DNA of 14,079 bases from an uncultured Acetobacteraceae bacterium. Lineage in GTDB: Bacteria > Pseudomonadota > Alphaproteobacteria > Acetobacterales > Acetobacteraceae. The stretch spans positions 1 through 14,079 of the forward strand of contig CADCTL010000148.1 of assembly GCA_902805625.1 (NCBI GenBank), given 5' to 3'. Under the pieces are notes generated by a model. That model was not told the DNA's origin, did not search any database, and was given only the letters and a program-made list of their open reading frames with translations. Below are positions 9,702-14,079 of the stretch, in pieces (the first letter of the stretch is position 1; every line of letters begins with the position of its first letter). The translations under genes and the position numbers were made by a program.

Positions 9702-10813
9702 CGCCCCTTCTGAACTCGGCCATCCTGACGGGCATCGCTTTCGCGGCCCTGCTGGCGGTCGGACTGCTGCTGTCCCGGCTGTACCGGAAAGCCTCGAAGG
9801 AGACCGCCTACGTCCGCACGGGCGTCGGCGGCTCGCGCGTGATCGTGGACGGCGGCTCATTGGTGCTGCCCGTGTTCCACGGCGTCGTGCCGGTCAGCTT
9901 GCGGACCCACAAGCTGGTTGTCCGGCGCGACCAATCGAACGCCCTGATCACCAAGGACCACCTGCGCGCCGACGTCACCGTGGACTTTTACGTGCGCGTC
10001 CAACGCGAGGACGGGGCGATCGAAATGGCGGCGCAAACCCTGGGCGACCGGACCAACGACCCGGAGGCGCTCATGGAACTGGTCGAGGGCAAGTTCGTGG
10101 ACGCGCTCCGCTCCGTCGCCGCCGGGATGACGCTCCAGGACCTGCACCAGCACCGCGCCGACTTCGTCCAGAAGGTCCGGGACTCGGTCAACGAGGACCT
10201 GCACAAGAACGGCCTGGAACTGGAATCGGCGTCGCTGGTCGGCCTCGACCAAACCGACCAGAAATTCTTCAACCCCCAGAACTCGTTCGACGCCGCGGGC
10301 TTGGCGATCATCACCGGCATCACGGAAGCCAAGCGGCGCGAGCGCTTCGAGATCGAGGCGAACACCAACGTCGCCATCGCCGAGCGCGACCGCGAGCAGA
10401 CCAAGTCCAAGCTGGAGATCGAGCGCGACACGGAAAACGCGAAGCTCAGCCAGCAGCGCGACATAGCCGCGCAGAGGGCGAGCACCGTGGCCGAAGCGGC
10501 GGCGAAGCAGGCGGAAGGCGACCGGGCGGCGCGGGAAGCCAAGATCGAGGCGGACCGCAGCGTCCAAGAGCGCACCATCGAGAGCGAGAAGGCGATCGCG
10601 CTCCGGCGGCAGCAGACCAAGGCGGAGATCGCAAAGGAATCCGAAGCCGTGTCGGCGGCGGAGTTAGTGGGCGGGCCCCGGGAGGGGTCGCCTGCATGCG
10701 CGTGCGCGGCTAAGCGTGGTGGCTTGAGAGGTGACGGCGCCAAGCTTGAATATCGGGCGGCGGGCCCAGGCGTGTCGCGGCGGCGTCCAGTTCAACGCTG
10801 CGGAGGTGTGCAG
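9698..10813 (+). CDS. yqiK: YqiK-like flotillin (SPFH/band-7 domain), apparently 3'-truncated and lacking its own stop codon (possible pseudogene or gene remnant)
   Basis: ATG 9698 gives MTPLLNSAILTGIAFAALLAVGLLLSRLYRKASKETAYVRTGVGG, a TM helix plus SPFH start close to E. coli YqiK. The SPFH core continues (FYVRVQ...AAQTLG...EALMELVEGKFVDALRSVAAGMTLQDLHQHRADFVQKV...NGLELESASLVGLDQTDQKFFNPQNSFDAAGL), followed by EA-rich coiled-coil repeats up to about aa 320. After ...KESEAVSAAE (about 10660) similarity is lost (LVGGPREGSPACACAAKRGGLRGDG...). There is no stop before the thiD ATG at 10814. The C-terminal flotillin domain (about 150-200 aa in YqiK) is absent from every frame. Confidence 0.6.
10672..10812 (+). 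promoter_or_regulatory. Candidate degenerate TPP (thi-box) riboswitch-like leader of thiD (speculative)
   Basis: Key thi-box elements are recognisable in order. GGGGUCGCC corresponds to GGGGUGCC. A GC hairpin follows, then GGCUUGAGAGG where the thi-box has GGCUGAGAGG. GACGGCGCC can pair with the 5' GGGGUCGCC as P2. GAAUAUC sits where GAACCUGAUC is expected. A clean hairpin GGGC-GGCG-GCCC occupies the P5 position. GCGU sits where GCGUAGGGA is expected. The SD GGAGGUG (10803-10809) is enclosed by CUGC...GCAG. Several positions deviate from consensus, including an extra U in CUGAGA and a shortened P4. Confidence 0.2.
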
Positions 10814-11632
10814 ATGAAGGGCAGGGTGCTGATCGCGGCGGGCTCGGACTCAGGGGGCGGCGCCGGCATCCAGGCCGACATCAAGGCCGTGACGGCGCTG
10901 GGCGGCTTCGCGGCGACCGCGATCACCGCTCTGACGGCTCAGAACACCCTCGGCGTGCGGGGCGTGGTGCCCGTGGCGCCGGACTTCATCCGCTTGCAGA
11001 TGCGCTTGGTCCTGGAAGACATCGGCGCCGACGCGCTCAAGACCGGCATGCTGCACGACGCGGCCACCATCGGAGCGGTGTGCGACGAGATCGAGGCCTT
11101 GGCGCCCGGCGTGCCGCTGGTGGCCGATCCGGTCATGGTGGCCAAGGGCGGGCACCGCCTGCTGGAGCCGGACGCGGTTGAGGCCCTGACGCGCCGGTTG
11201 CTGCCGCTCGCCGCGGTGCTCACGCCCAACCTGCCGGAAGCGGAGGCGCTCGCCGGCGTCGAGGTCCGGGACGAGGCGGGGATGGCGCGCGCCGCCGAGC
11301 GGCTGCTCGGTCTCGGCGCGCGGGCGGTGCTGCTGAAGGGCGGGCACTTGGCGGGCGATCGCGTGGTGGACCTGCTCGTGACGGCGGCGGGGACCGAACG
11401 CTTCGAGGACGCGCGCATCGAGACCCGGCACACCCACGGCACCGGCTGCACCCTGGCCAGCGCCGTAGCCGCCGGGCTGGCGCAAGGCATGGCATTGCGC
11501 GAGGCCGTGGCACGGGCGCGCATCTACGTGCGCGCCGCCATAGCCGCCGCGCCCGGCTACGGCGCGGGGCATGGTCCGCTTGACCACGGCGTGACCTTCG
11601 CTCCGGAACGGCTGCGACCGCCGCCGGGCTGA
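10814..11632 (+). CDS. thiD: Hydroxymethylpyrimidine/phosphomethylpyrimidine kinase ThiD
   Basis: ATG 10814 has the SD GGAGGTG 5-11 nt upstream. [30 protein letters not shown] matches the ThiD N-terminus, and [31 protein letters not shown] and [14 protein letters not shown] match the PfkB/ribokinase-family signature. The product is 272 aa. It is in the same frame as the upstream flotillin, with no intervening stop. Confidence 0.92.
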   Translation: MKGRVLIAAGSDSGGGAGIQADIKAVTALGGFAATAITALTAQNTLGVRGVVPVAPDFIRLQMRLVLEDIGADALKTGMLHDAATIGAVCDEIEALAPGVPLVADPVMVAKGGHRLLEPDAVEALTRRLLPLAAVLTPNLPEAEALAGVEVRDEAGMARAAERLLGLGARAVLLKGGHLAGDRVVDLLVTAAGTERFEDARIETRHTHGTGCTLASAVAAGLAQGMALREAVARARIYVRAAIAAAPGYGAGHGPLDHGVTFAPERLRPPPG

Positions 11633-11732
11633 CCCCCGAAGGTCACTTGATCGCCGGCGCGGCCTCGCGTATTGCGGACGCGGGCCACGCCCCCCCACCG
11701 GGGCGCATCTGCTTCTGGAAGGGAGCGCATCC

Positions 11733-12920
11733 ATGGCGTTTGCCGCCACCAAGCCCGGACTCCGTCCGGCGAACCCTCGTTTCTCCTCCGGTCCTTGCGC
11801 GAAGCGTCCCGGCTGGACGCTGTCCGCGCTCGAAGGCGCGCTGCTCGGCCGCAGCCACCGCGCTGCCATGCCCAAGGCGCGGCTCAAAGAGGTCATCGAC
11901 CGCTCCCGCGCCGTGCTCGGCCTGCCGGCCGACTGGCGCCTCGGCATCGTCCCTGCGTCCGACACCGGCGCCGTCGAGATGGCGCTCTGGTCGTTGCTCG
12001 GGGCGCGCGGCGTGGACGTGTTGGCCTGGGAAAGCTTCTCCAAGGATTGGGCCACCGATGTCCTCAAACAGCTCAAGCTGAAGGACGCGCGGGTGCTGGA
12101 CGCGCCTTACGGGAGGCTGCCCGACCTCGGCGCCGTGGACCCGTCGCGCGACATGGTGTTCGTGTGGAACGGCACCACCAGCGGCGTGCGGCTGCCCGAC
12201 GCCGAGTGGATTCCGCAGGAGCGCGAAGGCCTGGCGATCTGCGACGCCACCAGCGCCGCCTTCGCCATGGACCTGCCCTTCGACAAGCTCGATGTCGTGA
12301 CCTGGTCCTGGCAGAAGGTGCTGGGCGGGGAGGCGGCGCACGGGATGCTCGCGCTCTCGCCGCGCGCGGTGGCCCGGCTGGAGGGCCACACGCCGGCTTG
12401 GCCCTTGCCGAAGATCTTCCGGATGACCAAGGGCGGCAAGCTCAACGAGGGCATCTTCAAGGGCGAGACCATCAACACGCCCTCCATGCTCTGCGTCGAG
12501 GACGCGCTCGACGGACTGCGTTGGGCCGAAAGCGTCGGCGGCCTGTCCGGGCTGATCCGCCGCAGCGAGGCCAACCTCGCCGCTGTCGCCGCTTGGGTGG
12601 AGCGGACGCCGGCGGTGGACTTCCTGGCGGAGGAGCCGCGCACGCGCTCCTGCACCTCCATCTGCCTGAAGCTGGTCGCGCCCTGGTTCACCGCGCTGAA
12701 CGCCGAGGGGCAGGCCGCTGCCGCGAAGGCGCTCGCCGGGCTGCTGGAGCGCGAGGGCGTGGCGCTGGACGCCGGCGCCTACCGCGACGCGCCGCCGGGC
12801 CTCCGCATATGGGGCGGCGCCACGGTCGAGACCGCCGACATAGAGGCGCTGCTGCCCTGGCTCGACTGGGCCTTGGCGCAGATCGAAGCCGAGCACGCAT
12901 CCCCCAAGGCAGCGGAGTAG
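11733..12920 (+). CDS. serC: Phosphoserine aminotransferase SerC (class-V PLP aminotransferase, short ~390-aa type common in alphaproteobacteria and archaea)
   Basis: ATG 11733 has GGAAGGGAG 8-16 nt upstream. [28 protein letters not shown] (FSSGP motif), ...[14 protein letters not shown]... and ...[22 protein letters not shown] (PLP-lysine region) are present. The protein is 395 aa and lies immediately upstream of serA, forming a serine-biosynthesis pair. Confidence 0.88.
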   Translation: MAFAATKPGLRPANPRFSSGPCAKRPGWTLSALEGALLGRSHRAAMPKARLKEVIDRSRAVLGLPADWRLGIVPASDTGAVEMALWSLLGARGVDVLAWESFSKDWATDVLKQLKLKDARVLDAPYGRLPDLGAVDPSRDMVFVWNGTTSGVRLPDAEWIPQEREGLAICDATSAAFAMDLPFDKLDVVTWSWQKVLGGEAAHGMLALSPRAVARLEGHTPAWPLPKIFRMTKGGKLNEGIFKGETINTPSMLCVEDALDGLRWAESVGGLSGLIRRSEANLAAVAAWVERTPAVDFLAEEPRTRSCTSICLKLVAPWFTALNAEGQAAAAKALAGLLEREGVALDAGAYRDAPPGLRIWGGATVETADIEALLPWLDWALAQIEAEHASPKAAE

Positions 12921-12927
12921 CAGCTCA

Positions 12928-14079
12928 GTGCCGAAGGTCCTCATTTCCGACAAGCTTTCTCCCGCCGCCATCGAGATCTTTCGCCGGCGCGGGATCGAGG
13001 TGGACTTCAAGCCGGGCCTACAGCCGGCCGAGCTTCGCGCCATCATCGAGCCTTACGACGGGCTCGCGGTCCGCAGCGCCACGAAGGTCACGCGCGAGCT
13101 GATGGAGGCCGCGCCCCGCCTGCGCGTGGTGGGCCGCGCCGGCATCGGCGTGGACAACGTGGACGTCACCAGCGCCACCAACCGCGGCGTGGTGGTGATG
13201 AACACGCCGCATGGCAACGCCATCACCACCGCCGAGCACGCCATAGCGATGATGTTCGCCCTGGCGCGGCAGCTCCCGGAGGCGTCCGTCTCCACCAAGG
13301 CCGGGAAGTGGGAGAAGAACCGCTTCATGGGTGTGGAGCTGTTCAGCAAGACCCTGGGGCTGATCGGCTGCGGCAACATCGGCTCCATCGTCGCCGACCG
13401 CGCGGTCGGACTGAAGATGAAGGTCATCGCCTTCGATCCCTTCCTGTCCGAGCGCCGGGCGCTCGACCTCGGCGTGGAGAAGGTGGAGCTGGCCGACCTG
13501 CTGGAGCGCGCCGACATCGTCAGCCTGCACGCGCCGCTCACGGAGCAGACGCGCAACATCCTTTCGCGCGACAACCTGGAGCGGCTGAAGCGCGGCGCGC
13601 GCGTCGTCAACTGCGCCCGCGGCGGGTTGATCGACGAGGCGGCGCTGGCCGACGCACTGCGCTCCGGCCACGTCGCCGGCGCGGCCCTAGACGTGTTCGA
13701 GACCGAGCCGGCGAAGGAAAGCCCGCTCTTCGGCCTGGAGAACGTGGTCTGCACGCCCCACCTCGGCGCCGCCACGGCTGAGGCGCAGGAGAACGTGGCG
13801 TTGCAGGTCGCGGACCAAATGGCGGACTACCTGCTTTCCGGCGCCGTCAGCAACGCCATCAACATGCCCTCCGTCACCGCCGAGGAGGCGCCGCGCCTCA
13901 AGCCGTACATGGAGCTGGCGCGGCTGCTCGGCGGCATGGCGGGGCAGCTCACCGCCGTGCAGGCGCAGGAAAGCAACAACGCCATCCGCGCCATCCGCGT
14001 GGAGTACGAGGGCGCCGTGTCCGACCTGAACCGGCGGCCGTTGACGGCGGCGGCGCTTGCCGGCGTGCTCGGCCCGCTG
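12928..14079 (+). CDS. serA: D-3-phosphoglycerate dehydrogenase SerA (partial, 3' end beyond window)
   Basis: GTG 12928 lies 8 nt after the serC stop. MPKVLISDKLSPAAIEIF is followed by the 2-hydroxyacid dehydrogenase catalytic domain, the NAD-binding GLIGCGNIGSIVA (GxGxxG) and CARGGLIDEAAL...ALDVFETEP...NVVCTPHLGAAT. The frame is open to the window edge and is absent from the ORF track only because it has no stop in-window. Confidence 0.9.
   Translation, partial: MPKVLISDKLSPAAIEIFRRRGIEVDFKPGLQPAELRAIIEPYDGLAVRSATKVTRELMEAAPRLRVVGRAGIGVDNVDVTSATNRGVVVMNTPHGNAITTAEHAIAMMFALARQLPEASVSTKAGKWEKNRFMGVELFSKTLGLIGCGNIGSIVADRAVGLKMKVIAFDPFLSERRALDLGVEKVELADLLERADIVSLHAPLTEQTRNILSRDNLERLKRGARVVNCARGGLIDEAALADALRSGHVAGAALDVFETEPAKESPLFGLENVVCTPHLGAATAEAQENVALQVADQMADYLLSGAVSNAINMPSVTAEEAPRLKPYMELARLLGGMAGQLTAVQAQESNNAIRAIRVEYEGAVSDLNRRPLTAAALAGVLGPL

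Noticed and set aside
9145-10713. Plus-strand alternative-frame ORF of 522 aa over yqiJ/yqiK
   Set aside because: The product is Arg/Pro/Gly-rich nonsense, whereas frame 2 encodes clear YqiJ and SPFH homology. It is a shadow ORF.
11643-13046. Minus-strand ORF of 467 aa and plus-strand ORF 11672-13102 (476 aa) overlapping serC
   Set aside because: Both are out-of-frame or antisense to a well-supported SerC frame (FSSGP, PLP-lysine region) and have low-complexity translations.

Overview
This 14 kb window of very GC-rich (~70%) DNA is almost certainly from an alphaproteobacterium, probably Rhodospirillales-like. All credible genes lie on the + strand in one co-directional array. The minus-strand ORFs in the track, including a 1478-aa one, are Arg/Ala/Gly/Pro-rich antisense artefacts of high GC. 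The gene order is tolA (3' end), tolB, pal, cpoB/ybgF, tilS, ftsH, folP, glmM, a yqiJ-like NfeD/OB-fold membrane protein, a yqiK-like SPFH/flotillin protein, thiD, serC and serA (3' end off-window). This is core envelope and housekeeping synteny; the only accessory-looking module is the yqiJ-yqiK pair between glmM and thiD. I find no defence system, mobile element, CRISPR array, tRNA or rRNA, and no convincing novel system. Four things are unusual. The flotillin gene appears 3'-truncated and has no in-frame stop, so its frame runs straight into thiD as an 870-codon open frame. A degenerate thi-box (TPP riboswitch)-like leader may sit in front of thiD. TilS carries SGGPHS where the PP-loop is normally SGGxDS. 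FolP has an N-terminal extension or ambiguous start. Start codons of tilS and folP are uncertain. All homology calls come from recognisable motifs and remembered family sequences, not from searches.
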